Positions 19,356 to 29,384 of a stretch of 64,000 bases of DNA are shown here, piece by piece. Every line of letters starts with the position of its first letter. The stretch's first letter is position 1. Below the pieces are notes generated by a model that did no database searches, was not told the DNA's origin, and was given only the letters and a program-made list of their open reading frames with translations. Source of the DNA: an uncultured Planctomycetales bacterium (GTDB taxonomy: Bacteria > Omnitrophota > Gorgyraeia > Zapsychrales > Fredricksoniimonadaceae); contig CAZNDZ010000001.1 in assembly GCA_964572155.1 (NCBI GenBank), positions 1,274,786 to 1,338,785 on the forward strand, in the 5' to 3' direction. The translations under genes and the position numbers were made by a program.

Positions 19356-21037
19356 TGGCTGATATACGTAAATATTCTTCGATTGTCATGGATGGGTATG
19401 ACCGTGCACCGTCGCGTGCCATGTTGCGTGCTGTTGGTTTTAAAGATGAAGATTTTAAAAAACCACAAATTGGGATTGCATCCACTTGGGCAGAAGTAAC
19501 GCCGTGTAACATGCACATCAATGATTTAGCACGTTATGCCGCCAATGGGGTTAATGCTTCCGGCGGTAAAGCGGTAACATTTAATACCATCACAATTTCT
19601 GATGGTATATCCATGGGATCTGAGGGCATGAAATACTCGCTCGTGTCCCGTGAAGTGATTGCAGATTCTATTGAAACGGTTGTGGGTTGCCAAGGTTTTG
19701 ATGGGGTCGTTGCTATCGGTGGTTGTGATAAAAACATGCCTGGCTGTTTAATGGCCATGGCCCGTTTAAATCGTCCTGGTGTTTTTGTTTATGGCGGAAC
19801 TATTTTACCTGGTTGTTATAATCAAAAGAATATTGACGTGGTTTCCGTATTTGAAGCGGTTGGAAAGTATGCCGCGAAAAAGATCGATGCCAAAGAATTA
19901 CATGGCATTGAAAGTTGCGCTATCCCTGGGCCCGGTTCTTGCGGGGGTATGTACACAGCCAATACCATGGCGTCTGCCATTGAAGCTTTAGGTATGAGCT
20001 TGCCCAATAGTTCAGCTCAAGCAGCCATTTCTAAAGAGAAGAATGATGATTGCAAAGCAGCAGGTAAAGCAGTTTTAGATTTACTAAAGAAAAATATTCG
20101 TCCTCGAGATATCATGACCAAGAAGGCGTTTGAAAATGCCATCACGGTTTTAACGGCTCTTGGTGGATCAACCAATGCCGTGTTGCATTTACCTGCTATA
20201 GCACATGCGGCTGGTGTTAAATTATCCATTGATGATTTTACCCGCGTCGGACGTCGTGCCCCTGTGTTGGCTGATTTAAAACCATCCGGTCGTTTTGTCA
20301 TGGCGGAATTAGTTAAGATCGGTGGAACATTGCCGCTCATGAAAATGTTGTTGGATAAAGGTTTGTTGCACGGCGACTGTATGACCGTGACAGGCCGGAC
20401 ACTTAAAGAAAATTTAAAAGACGTGAAACCCTATCCTGCAGGACAAGAAATCATAAGACCATTTGATAATCCAATTAAGAAAGAAAGTCATTTGGTTATC
20501 ATGTACGGTAATTTAGCGTCGCAAGGTGCTGTTGCTAAGATTTCTGGAAAAGAAGGTTTGCTATTTACAGGTACAGCGAAAGTGTACGAATCAGAAGAAC
20601 AAGGTTTAAAAGCAATCCTCGATGGTAAAATTAAAAAAGGTGATGTGATTGTCATCCGTTACGAAGGTCCTAAGGGTGGCCCTGGAATGCGTGAGATGTT
20701 ATCTCCAACATCTGCGATCATGGGACGAGGTTTGGGCAAAGATGTGGCATTAATCACCGATGGACGATTCTCTGGCGGTAGCCATGGGTTTGTGGTTGGT
20801 CATATAACTCCTGAAGCTTTTGAAGGTGGTTTACTTGCCATAGTGCGCGACGGTGATGAAATCACCATTGATGCGAAAAAACGTTCGATCGATTTAAATG
20901 TGCCTGCAACTGAGATCAAAGCGCGCTTAAAGAAGTGGCATCAACCAAAACCTAAATATACGCATGGTGTTTTAGCAAAATATGCTAAACTTGTTAGTAG
21001 CGCATCATTAGGTGCGGTTACAGATAAGGATCTTTAA
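19355..21037 (+). CDS. ilvD: dihydroxy-acid dehydratase
   Basis: IlvD/EDD family motifs (CDKNMPG, …SGGSHGF…); start MADIRKY overlapping the leuD stop by 1 nt. Confidence 0.95.
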   Translation: MADIRKYSSIVMDGYDRAPSRAMLRAVGFKDEDFKKPQIGIASTWAEVTPCNMHINDLARYAANGVNASGGKAVTFNTITISDGISMGSEGMKYSLVSREVIADSIETVVGCQGFDGVVAIGGCDKNMPGCLMAMARLNRPGVFVYGGTILPGCYNQKNIDVVSVFEAVGKYAAKKIDAKELHGIESCAIPGPGSCGGMYTANTMASAIEALGMSLPNSSAQAAISKEKNDDCKAAGKAVLDLLKKNIRPRDIMTKKAFENAITVLTALGGSTNAVLHLPAIAHAAGVKLSIDDFTRVGRRAPVLADLKPSGRFVMAELVKIGGTLPLMKMLLDKGLLHGDCMTVTGRTLKENLKDVKPYPAGQEIIRPFDNPIKKESHLVIMYGNLASQGAVAKISGKEGLLFTGTAKVYESEEQGLKAILDGKIKKGDVIVIRYEGPKGGPGMREMLSPTSAIMGRGLGKDVALITDGRFSGGSHGFVVGHITPEAFEGGLLAIVRDGDEITIDAKKRSIDLNVPATEIKARLKKWHQPKPKYTHGVLAKYAKLVSSASLGAVTDKDL

Positions 21038-22104
21038 TGGCTGGAAATTCATTCGGAGATTTATTTAAAATAACAACATTTGGCGAAAGTCATGGTCCTG
21101 CCATTGGTGTTGTCATCGACGGTGTTCCTGCGAATATTAAATTATCCGAAAGCGACATCCAGGTTGATTTGGATCGTCGCCGCCCAGGTCAAAGTAAGAT
21201 TACAACCCAGCGTCAAGAAGGTGATAAGGTTGAAATTTTATCCGGTGTGTTTGAAGGTAAAACCACAGGCGTTCCTTTGGCTTTACTCATCCGCAATCAA
21301 GATCAACGTTCTAAAGATTATGAAAACATCAAGAATGTGTTTCGTCCAGGCCACGCGGACTTTACCTATTTAGCCAAATACGGCATCCGTGATTATCGTG
21401 GTGGCGGTCGTTCTTCTGGTCGAGAAACTGCCTGCCGCGTGGCAGCAGGGGCTGTGGCTAAAAAGATTTTAAAGAAATATAAAATTGATATCATCGTCTA
21501 CACCTTAGCGGTGGGTGATATTTATGCCAAGAACATTGATTTTAAAAATATCGAAAAGAATATGGTTCGTACCGCAGATGCTAAGGCTGCAGAAAAAATG
21601 ATTGAACGCATTGAAGCAGTGCGTAAAAAAGGCGATTCCATTGGTGGTATTTTGCAATGCGTGATCAAAGGTGTTCCCGTTGGTTTGGGCGATCCTTGTT
21701 TTGATAAATTAAATGCCAAGTTAGCCCATGCGCTCATGTCGATAGCGACCGTTAAAGGCATTGAATTTGGTGAAGGCTTTAATGCTAGCCAAATGTTAGG
21801 CAGTCAACATAATGATCCTTTTACCGTTAAAGGTGGTAAAGCTGCTTTAAAGAGTAATCATGCTGGTGGCATTTTAGGTGGTATATCAACAGGTGCTGAT
21901 ATTAATATTCGTATGGCATTGAAACCACCATCATCGATAGCCCAAAAACAAAAGAGCATTAACGAAGATTTAGAAATTGTTGACACGCAAGTAAAGGGAC
22001 GTCATGACCCATGCCTTTGCCCAAGGGTTGTTCCGGTTGCAGAAGCTATGATTGCCTTAACCTTGGTTGATCGGCTCATGATCCAACACGCCTCGAAGAT
22101 TTAA
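21037..22104 (+). CDS. aroC: chorismate synthase
   Basis: Full-length AroC signature. Confidence 0.95.
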   Translation: MAGNSFGDLFKITTFGESHGPAIGVVIDGVPANIKLSESDIQVDLDRRRPGQSKITTQRQEGDKVEILSGVFEGKTTGVPLALLIRNQDQRSKDYENIKNVFRPGHADFTYLAKYGIRDYRGGGRSSGRETACRVAAGAVAKKILKKYKIDIIVYTLAVGDIYAKNIDFKNIEKNMVRTADAKAAEKMIERIEAVRKKGDSIGGILQCVIKGVPVGLGDPCFDKLNAKLAHALMSIATVKGIEFGEGFNASQMLGSQHNDPFTVKGGKAALKSNHAGGILGGISTGADINIRMALKPPSSIAQKQKSINEDLEIVDTQVKGRHDPCLCPRVVPVAEAMIALTLVDRLMIQHASKI

Positions 22105-22973
22105 TGTCACAAACTCATCCAAAAGTCATACTCATTTCAGGAACATCTAGTGGTTTTGGTCTATTCTTTGCTGCACGTTTGGCAGAACGTGGTCACATCG
22201 TTTATGCCACCATGCGTGATACATCCAAGAAACAAGATTTAGAAGAAGTTGTTTTGCGTAGAGGAGCTAATGTCACGATATGTGCAATGGATGTGACAAA
22301 GACAGATAGCATTGACGCTGTGATCAAAAATATTTTGGATAAACATAAGCGCATTGACGTGGTTATTAATAATGCCGGCGCAGCTTTAGGTGGTTTCTTT
22401 GAAGATTTAGATACCGATCAAATGCGCCAGCTCATGGAAACAAATTTTTGGGGCGCGGTGAATATTTGCCGCTATGTAACACCCTTGATGCGTCAACAAA
22501 AACAGGGCATGATCATCAACGTTTCTAGCATTGCAGGTCAAACAGCTAGCCCTGCTTTAAGTGCGTATAATGCAACAAAGTGGGCGATGGAAGGTTTTAG
22601 TGAAAGTTTGTATTATGAATTAAAACGTTTTGGGGTGCACGTGGTCTTAGTTGAGCCAGGCAGTTATCCGACAAAGATTTTTGCTTCTAACGCTTTGGTT
22701 GGCAAGCGTTCGCATGATATGAACAGTCCATATTTTGATTATTCAAAACGCTTAGAAAGTTTTGTAAAAAGTTTTCATGAAAAAAGCAAACGTGATCCCG
22801 AAGATGTGGCGCGCTTGGTTGAAAACATCATTCATACAGAAAATCCTAAGTTGCGTTACATTTCAGATCCGTCATCGTGGTTGCGTGTGATGACAAGTAA
22901 AATTATTCCGCCATCGTGGTATCGTTTTATATATGAAAAGGTGATTTATGGAAAAACAAAACACACCGTATAA
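22104..22973 (+). CDS. SDR-family oxidoreductase
   Basis: TGTSSGFG glycine motif, YxxxK active site. Confidence 0.8.
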   Translation: MSQTHPKVILISGTSSGFGLFFAARLAERGHIVYATMRDTSKKQDLEEVVLRRGANVTICAMDVTKTDSIDAVIKNILDKHKRIDVVINNAGAALGGFFEDLDTDQMRQLMETNFWGAVNICRYVTPLMRQQKQGMIINVSSIAGQTASPALSAYNATKWAMEGFSESLYYELKRFGVHVVLVEPGSYPTKIFASNALVGKRSHDMNSPYFDYSKRLESFVKSFHEKSKRDPEDVARLVENIIHTENPKLRYISDPSSWLRVMTSKIIPPSWYRFIYEKVIYGKTKHTV

Positions 22974-23232
22974 GCGTCAAATCTTTGTTTGCACACATAA
23001 TGCCAATGGCGAAAAGGCTTCCTGTGGCGATCATCACGGTGAGGCTATTTTTAAAGAATTACGTGAAATTGCCAAAATGCGCAAGTTGCACCCCATGATC
23101 CGTGTGGCTCAAGCCAAGTGTTTGGGGCAATGTGAACGCGGGGCAAACATCATGATTTACCCCGAAAATATTTACCTCTCCAAAGTAAGTCCCGCAGATG
23201 TGCAAAGTATTGCTGATCAATACATTGCATAA
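22948..23232 (+). CDS. thioredoxin-like [2Fe-2S] ferredoxin-domain protein
   Basis: Cys pattern C…C…C…C (…FVCTHNANGEKASCGD…CLGQCERG). Confidence 0.65.
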   Translation: MEKQNTPYKRQIFVCTHNANGEKASCGDHHGEAIFKELREIAKMRKLHPMIRVAQAKCLGQCERGANIMIYPENIYLSKVSPADVQSIADQYIA

Positions 23233-23351
23233 AAAAATATCATCCTTGTATTGAATTTTATTTTAGGTGTTCTATACTTTAAATAGAAATGCTGTAAACT
23301 AAGCATTATCAATTATTTTCGATAAAATATTTTATTTGTACGAGGTGAACT

Positions 23352-25205
23352 ATGAGCATGTTTGATAAAAACATAAGCCAAGAAAAACTTAAAAGCCTTG
23401 AATTTGCAGAAGCAGCACGTGAAATGGAATGGAAGTCTCCCAGTTTTGCCCAACAAATTTTCCAAGGTACGCCCAATTTTGATTTAATTTATCCATTTCC
23501 TGCTCAAAGTGCTGAAGAAAAAAAAGCTGGTGATGAGTACCTGTTAAAAATAGAAAAATTCCTTAAAGAAAATTTAAATCCTGATGAAGTAGATCGCACC
23601 GGTCAAATCCCTGACAAAGTTATGAAGGGTTTGGGAGAAATGGGGGCATTTGCACTCAAAATCCCAAAAGAATATGGCGGTGTTGGATTCACGCAATACA
23701 ATTATAATCGCGTCATGCATTTGGTAAGTTCCTATTGTGCATCGACGGCTGTTTTATTATCTGCCCACCAAAGCATTGGTGTTCCACAGCCATTAAAACT
23801 ATTTGGTACTCCCGAGCAAAAGAAAAAATATTTACCCATGTTTGCCAAAGGTGCAGTGTCAGCTTTTGCGTTAACGGAACCAACCGTAGGTTCTGATCCA
23901 CGCAATATGAAAACAACGGCAACTTTAAGTGAAGATGGTAAGAGCTATATTTTAAACGGCGAGAAATTATGGTGCACCAATGGTCTTGTTGCAGATGTTT
24001 TAGTTGTCATGGCGGTGACCCCACCTAAGATCATTAAGGGTAAAGAAATCAAACAGATCACAGCATTTATCGTCGAAGCAAATTCACCAGGCATTGAAAA
24101 AGTTCATCGTTGTCATTTCATGGGTTTGCATGGCATTCAAAATGGTTTGATCAATTTTAAAAATGTTGTCGTTCCAAAAGAAAATATTATTTTAGGTGAA
24201 GGTGAAGGTTTAAAGCTTGCATTAATGACCTTAAATACAGGTCGTTTAACATTACCTGCCGCATCCGCGGGTGTGTGTAAATGGTGTTTGAATGTAGCAC
24301 GTATTTGGTCAACCAAACGGCAACAATGGGGTGGGCCAATCGGCGAACACGAAGCCATTGCCTTAAAGTTAAATTATATTGCTAGCCATACTTTTGCGAT
24401 TGATGCCGTAACATGGTTATGTTCATCATTAGCGGATGATCATAAAAGAGATATTCGCTTAGAAGCAGCCATGGCGAAATATTTTACGACAGAAGTTTCT
24501 TGGAAGATTTGTGATGAGACATTGCAAATTCGAGGGGGAAGTGGTTATGAATCTGCCTCGTCATTGGCTGGTCGTGGCGTTGATTATTGGCCAGTTGAGC
24601 GTGTACTGCGCGATATTCGTATCAATCGCATCATTGAAGGTACTAGTGAAATCATGCATTTGTTCATTGCCCGTGAAGCATTGGATTTGCATTTATCGCT
24701 CATGAAGCCTTTGATCAGCGGCAAAACGCCACCAGATAAAATGATTATGGCGGCATTTAAAATGTTAGGATTTTATGCCACATGGTATCCAAAATTATGG
24801 TTACCATCCTTCTCCGGCGGAAGTGTTAGCAAATTACCTGCACCGCTTGATGGGCATATGAATTATGTTTTAGATGCCAGCAAACGTTTGGCCCGTTACA
24901 CATTCCATCAAATGGCACAATATCAACAAAAACTTGAAAGCAAACAAAGTATTTTAAGTCGTGTTGTAAACATTGGGACGGAATTATTTGCCATGTCTTG
25001 CACATGCACCTACGCCGACATGCAAATTAAAAATGGCAATAAGAATGCCGTTGAATTGGCAGATAATTTCTGTATGGATGCTCGCAAGCGCATTGAAGCA
25101 TTCTTTTTAGAAACACAGGGCAACGAAGATTTAAAACAACTTAAGACAGCCAAGAAAATCTTAGCCCAAGAATTTGAATGGCTAGAAAATGAAATCATAA
25201 AATGA
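23352..25205 (+). CDS. long-chain acyl-CoA dehydrogenase family protein
   Basis: ACAD N-terminal, middle and C-terminal domains plus a ~180-aa C-terminal extension. Confidence 0.85.
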   Translation: MSMFDKNISQEKLKSLEFAEAAREMEWKSPSFAQQIFQGTPNFDLIYPFPAQSAEEKKAGDEYLLKIEKFLKENLNPDEVDRTGQIPDKVMKGLGEMGAFALKIPKEYGGVGFTQYNYNRVMHLVSSYCASTAVLLSAHQSIGVPQPLKLFGTPEQKKKYLPMFAKGAVSAFALTEPTVGSDPRNMKTTATLSEDGKSYILNGEKLWCTNGLVADVLVVMAVTPPKIIKGKEIKQITAFIVEANSPGIEKVHRCHFMGLHGIQNGLINFKNVVVPKENIILGEGEGLKLALMTLNTGRLTLPAASAGVCKWCLNVARIWSTKRQQWGGPIGEHEAIALKLNYIASHTFAIDAVTWLCSSLADDHKRDIRLEAAMAKYFTTEVSWKICDETLQIRGGSGYESASSLAGRGVDYWPVERVLRDIRINRIIEGTSEIMHLFIAREALDLHLSLMKPLISGKTPPDKMIMAAFKMLGFYATWYPKLWLPSFSGGSVSKLPAPLDGHMNYVLDASKRLARYTFHQMAQYQQKLESKQSILSRVVNIGTELFAMSCTCTYADMQIKNGNKNAVELADNFCMDARKRIEAFFLETQGNEDLKQLKTAKKILAQEFEWLENEIIK

Positions 25206-27340
25206 CAGCTTTGCCGTCATACTTAAATAAGTTAACCATCCTCAAGCAAATCCCGATTTTTTCGGGATTAAATTGGTTTGAACTTAACCGCATTGCCCGT
25301 AGCAGTGATCTTGTTGAATTTAGCAAAGGGGACACGATTTGCAAACAAGGCTCACCGGCAGATGCGTTCTATGCGCTTATCTCTGGGCGTATTCAATCCT
25401 ATACATTAAATATGATGAGCCAAAAGGAAGAGATGGACCTGATCATGCGCGGCATGCATTTTGGTATCATTTCAACCTTAACTGGCGAGAATCATTCACA
25501 TACCTACGAAGCCATCAATGATTCAGTTGTTATCCGTATCACAAAAGAAAATTTTGATAAGTTGCTTAAATCAACGCCTAAGATGGCGATTGCCTTAAGT
25601 CAAAATTTATCACAGCGCATTCGCAAGCATGTTACCCGTACGCGTGATACTCAAGAGAGTACGATCATTGCTGTGTATGCGCCACTTAAAGGATCGGGTA
25701 GTTCAACATATGCAGCTAATTTAGCGATTCATTTAAAAGAACAAAGTGAACGCAAGGTGCTTTTGTTAAGTCTATCGTCGGATCAAAACGATCAACGCAT
25801 TGATTTAGCCACCATTGTCTATGATCATCATAAGATTCTTGCAAGTATCATCAAAGGCCCATTGCCCATTGATATTCTAAGTGTCAAATTTGATAAGACC
25901 AATGCGGCCGTCTTAAATAAAATCAGCCAGTTTATTAGCGCACCCGTTAATGATTACAATTACATCGTCCTCGATCTACCCAATGAAATGGATGATGTGG
26001 TTATGAAAATTTTAACTCAATCAGATATCATTCACTTAGTGACGGTTGATCGTGCCAAAGATTTAGAAATGACCCGCCAAGTTTTAGATCGTCTTATTCT
26101 GACATTGAAAGATAGATTCCATCCGGAAAACATTCAAGTCTTAATTAGCGGCATGCATCCTGAAAAGAATTTATCCAGCGAAGAAATTAAGCACGTGCTT
26201 AGTTACGATATTTTCATGTCCTTGCCTCACTTAGATGTTAATCAGTTTAAATCCATTGAGATTAATGCAGGCATGACCATTGTTGAGGTTTCTAAGGACA
26301 CGGATTATTCTCGCGTTATCCGTCATTTATCCCGACGTATCAGTGGTGTGATGGTTGGTATTGTTTTAGGTGGAGGTGCTGCGCTTGGCATGGCACACAT
26401 CGGTGTTATCCGTGTCTTAGAACGTGAAGGCATACCGATTGATGTCATTGTTGGCAGTAGCATGGGCGGGCTTGTGGGGGCTGTGTGGGCCATTGGCAAT
26501 AAAGCTGATGAGTTAGAGAAATGTGGTCGAGAGTTTGAAAATAAAGCAGGCTTGGTTAAGATTTTTGATCCACCGTGGTTAAACGTATTTATATTATTGG
26601 TGGGAGTTTTTCTTTTGTTTATATTCAAATTTCATTTCTGGGCTGTATTCACCATTATTTTTGGAATGCCTTTGGTTGTATTTACAGTTCCTGGTTTGGT
26701 TGAAGGTCGAGGCATTGCCCGATGGTTACGCAGTAAGCTTGGGAATAAAACATTTCATGATGTGAAAATCCCATTTAAGTTGGTTGCGTATGATTTGTTG
26801 CGTCGTAAAGAATTAATCCTAGATAAAGGCGGGTTGGTTGAAGCTGTTAGTAAAACCATCGCGATCCCAGGTGTCATTTTTCCAATCCTAGAAAATGATC
26901 AAATGATCATTGATGGTGGCGTTCTTAATCCATTACCGACGAATGTCTTGGTTGATATGGGCGTTAAGAAAATCATTGCGGTCAATGTGTTGCAGTCGCC
27001 GCAAGATGCAGAGTATACCGCTGAATTAGAAAAAGAACGTCACAATAAGTTGCTTCAAATACCATTTAATAAGTATCCAATGCAATATATTGGCATTCGT
27101 CTTGGCAATCTTTTAAGCAAACATCTTACACCAAACGTTGCTGATATCATCGTTAGAACATTACAAGCTTCCGAATACGTTTTAGCAGAGGCTAGCGGTA
27201 AACAAGCTGATGTTTTGATTCACCCTGATCTTCGCGGGATTAATTGGTTTGAGTTGTATGAGGTTAATCAGTTGATTGCACGAGGAGAAGAGGCCACTGT
27301 AAAAGCCCTTCCTGCCATTAAAGAATTAGTCAAAAGATAG
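25202..27340 (+). CDS. cyclic-nucleotide-binding domain + degenerate ParA/MinD-like P-loop domain + patatin-like phospholipase (NTE-like), with a two-helix TM insert in the patatin domain
   Basis: cNMP-binding fold at the N-terminus; IIAVYAPLKGSGSSTYAANLAI resembles a MinD/ParA Walker A lacking the Lys/Thr; patatin motifs GGGAALG, GSSMG, DGG all present. Confidence 0.75.
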   Translation: MTALPSYLNKLTILKQIPIFSGLNWFELNRIARSSDLVEFSKGDTICKQGSPADAFYALISGRIQSYTLNMMSQKEEMDLIMRGMHFGIISTLTGENHSHTYEAINDSVVIRITKENFDKLLKSTPKMAIALSQNLSQRIRKHVTRTRDTQESTIIAVYAPLKGSGSSTYAANLAIHLKEQSERKVLLLSLSSDQNDQRIDLATIVYDHHKILASIIKGPLPIDILSVKFDKTNAAVLNKISQFISAPVNDYNYIVLDLPNEMDDVVMKILTQSDIIHLVTVDRAKDLEMTRQVLDRLILTLKDRFHPENIQVLISGMHPEKNLSSEEIKHVLSYDIFMSLPHLDVNQFKSIEINAGMTIVEVSKDTDYSRVIRHLSRRISGVMVGIVLGGGAALGMAHIGVIRVLEREGIPIDVIVGSSMGGLVGAVWAIGNKADELEKCGREFENKAGLVKIFDPPWLNVFILLVGVFLLFIFKFHFWAVFTIIFGMPLVVFTVPGLVEGRGIARWLRSKLGNKTFHDVKIPFKLVAYDLLRRKELILDKGGLVEAVSKTIAIPGVIFPILENDQMIIDGGVLNPLPTNVLVDMGVKKIIAVNVLQSPQDAEYTAELEKERHNKLLQIPFNKYPMQYIGIRLGNLLSKHLTPNVADIIVRTLQASEYVLAEASGKQADVLIHPDLRGINWFELYEVNQLIARGEEATVKALPAIKELVKR

Positions 27341-27353
27341 GTCGTTTGATATA

Positions 27354-29384
27354 ATGACCCCTATGGCAAATCCCATAAAAGTAGGTTCACGCAAAAGTCC
27401 TTTAGCTTTAGCTCAAATCAAAGAAGTTTTTGATGTGCTTAAGGCTACTTCTTCTTTTGAAGTCACAACGTTTGATACCGCCGGTGATATTGATAAAACT
27501 ACGTCGCTGACCACTAACCCAGCAGATGATTTTTTTACCGACGAGCTTGACCGTGCTTTACTTAATAAAACCATTGATGTTGCCATTCATAGTGCCAAAG
27601 ACTTACCTAAAGTTATTCCTCAAGGGCTTGCGATATTTGCGCTCACAGCTGTCTTAGATGACACCGATGCATGGGTTGGTCGTTGTCCGTGGGCTAATTT
27701 GCCCAAAGGGGCGCGTGTTGGCACCAGTAGTCAGTTAAGACAGCAGCAAACCAAGGAATTACATCCCACCGCACAGATCGTTGATGTGCGCGGCACCATC
27801 CAAGAACGCATAGATTTGGTAAAACAAGGTAAGATCGACGGCATTATTGTTGCAACCTGTGCGTTGAAACGTTTAAAGCTGACAGACATGATCACAGATG
27901 TTTTGCCTTGGGAAGGCATGCCATTGCAAGGTCAGTTGGCGATTGTTGGACGTGCTGATGACATGATCCTTAAACGTTTATTTGCGCCACTCGATGTTCG
28001 TCTCACATACGGCAAAGTATTGTTGGTTGGTGCGGGCCCAGGAGATCCAAATTTAATCACGTTAAAAGCCATTGAAGCATTGCGCAAAGCAGATTGTGTG
28101 ATGTACGACTATTTGGTGAATAAAGATTTATTGCAGTATGCGCCACATGCAACACATATCTTTACAGGAAAGCGCAAAAAAGATCATAGTTTAACCCAAG
28201 CCCAATTATCGACCATGTTAAAAACCAAGGCGATGCAAGGGATCAATGTGGTGCGCCTCAAAGGCGGGGATCCACTCATTTTTGGTCGTGGGGCAGATGA
28301 AATCAATTATTTGCGTAGTTATCACATTGATGTGGAGATTATCCCAGGGGTTAGTTCAGCAACGGGTATACCATCGCTGTTGGGCGTACCTTTAACGGCT
28401 CGTGGGATTGCAACGTCGGTAGCCTTTATCAGCGCTCATAGCGAAGATGAAGATGTTAAAGGCCCGCAACCGATTGTGATTCCTAAATGTGACACCGTTG
28501 TTTTCTTGATGGGATTAAGTAAAATTTATGAAATCATTGCCACATTAAAAAAAGACGGATGGTCGCTTACTACACCCCTGATGATTGTAGCCAATGGCAC
28601 CCGCGATAATGAGCAAATTGTTACAGGAACATTGGGAACCATTGAAAATATTGTTAAAGAATCGATGATCTCGCCTCCGGCGCTGATCATTGTCGGTAAC
28701 ACCGTTAACTTTTACGGCCAGCAGCGCAAGAAAACATATTTACATACGGGAACACATCCGATGTTGTATCAAACTTTAGGTAAGATTATTTCTTGGCCGA
28801 TGATTGAGATGCAGCCGGTTCAATTATCAGAAGGTGATCGTGAGCGGTTTGGTAAAGAATTTGACGCGTCGAGTATGGTGATTTTAACATCCCCAAGTGC
28901 TGTTAATCATTTTGTACCGATCATTTCCTCCATACGCAGTCAGCATCACTTAAAAGAGAAAATATTTGCTGTCATTGGTCAGCACTCTGCACAAGTCTTT
29001 GCAAGTTATGGCGGGCATGCACATATCATTGCTGATGAAGAAACAGCTCAAGGTTTATTCAAGACCTTAAGTGCCGTCATGGATTTTAAAGGTAAGAATA
29101 TTTTCTTCCCAAGATCATCCATTCCTAATCCATTTTTAATCGATGCCTTGCGTGAACATGGGGCGACGGTGTATGAATGGGCTGTTTATAACAATATAAA
29201 ACCAAAACGTGGGCCTTTGCCTACAGAACATGTCGATGGCGTCATCTTTACAAGCCCTTCAACCGTTTTTAATTTCTTAGAAGAATATGAAACAATTCCC
29301 AGCCATTGGGATATTTTAGCCAAAGGCCCCGTCACACACAAAGCTTTACGAGAAGCGGGGTACCGTAGTAAGATAATGATATGA
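27354..29384 (+). CDS. fusion protein: HemC-like domains 1-2 + uroporphyrinogen-III C-methyltransferase (CobA/SUMT) + uroporphyrinogen-III synthase (HemD)
   Basis: N-terminal ~215 aa collinear with porphobilinogen deaminase domains 1-2 (GSRKSPLALAQ…HSAKD…VGTSSQLRQ…); then GKVLLVGAGPGDP SUMT domain; C-terminal HemD-like ~230 aa. Confidence 0.75.
   Translation: MTPMANPIKVGSRKSPLALAQIKEVFDVLKATSSFEVTTFDTAGDIDKTTSLTTNPADDFFTDELDRALLNKTIDVAIHSAKDLPKVIPQGLAIFALTAVLDDTDAWVGRCPWANLPKGARVGTSSQLRQQQTKELHPTAQIVDVRGTIQERIDLVKQGKIDGIIVATCALKRLKLTDMITDVLPWEGMPLQGQLAIVGRADDMILKRLFAPLDVRLTYGKVLLVGAGPGDPNLITLKAIEALRKADCVMYDYLVNKDLLQYAPHATHIFTGKRKKDHSLTQAQLSTMLKTKAMQGINVVRLKGGDPLIFGRGADEINYLRSYHIDVEIIPGVSSATGIPSLLGVPLTARGIATSVAFISAHSEDEDVKGPQPIVIPKCDTVVFLMGLSKIYEIIATLKKDGWSLTTPLMIVANGTRDNEQIVTGTLGTIENIVKESMISPPALIIVGNTVNFYGQQRKKTYLHTGTHPMLYQTLGKIISWPMIEMQPVQLSEGDRERFGKEFDASSMVILTSPSAVNHFVPIISSIRSQHHLKEKIFAVIGQHSAQVFASYGGHAHIIADEETAQGLFKTLSAVMDFKGKNIFFPRSSIPNPFLIDALREHGATVYEWAVYNNIKPKRGPLPTEHVDGVIFTSPSTVFNFLEEYETIPSHWDILAKGPVTHKALREAGYRSKIMI

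Noticed and set aside
22948-22973. Apparent 26-nt overlap between the SDR gene and the [2Fe-2S] ferredoxin-like gene as a sign of frameshift or fusion
   Set aside because: Overlaps of this size are common in compact operons, and both products are complete and typical in length. No evidence of disruption.
25202-27340. cNMP-binding patatin protein as a CBASS effector
   Set aside because: No CD-NTase/cyclase, E1/E2-like or HORMA/TRIP13 genes are adjacent. The flanks are an acyl-CoA dehydrogenase and haem biosynthesis genes, so a housekeeping NTE-like lipase is more parsimonious.
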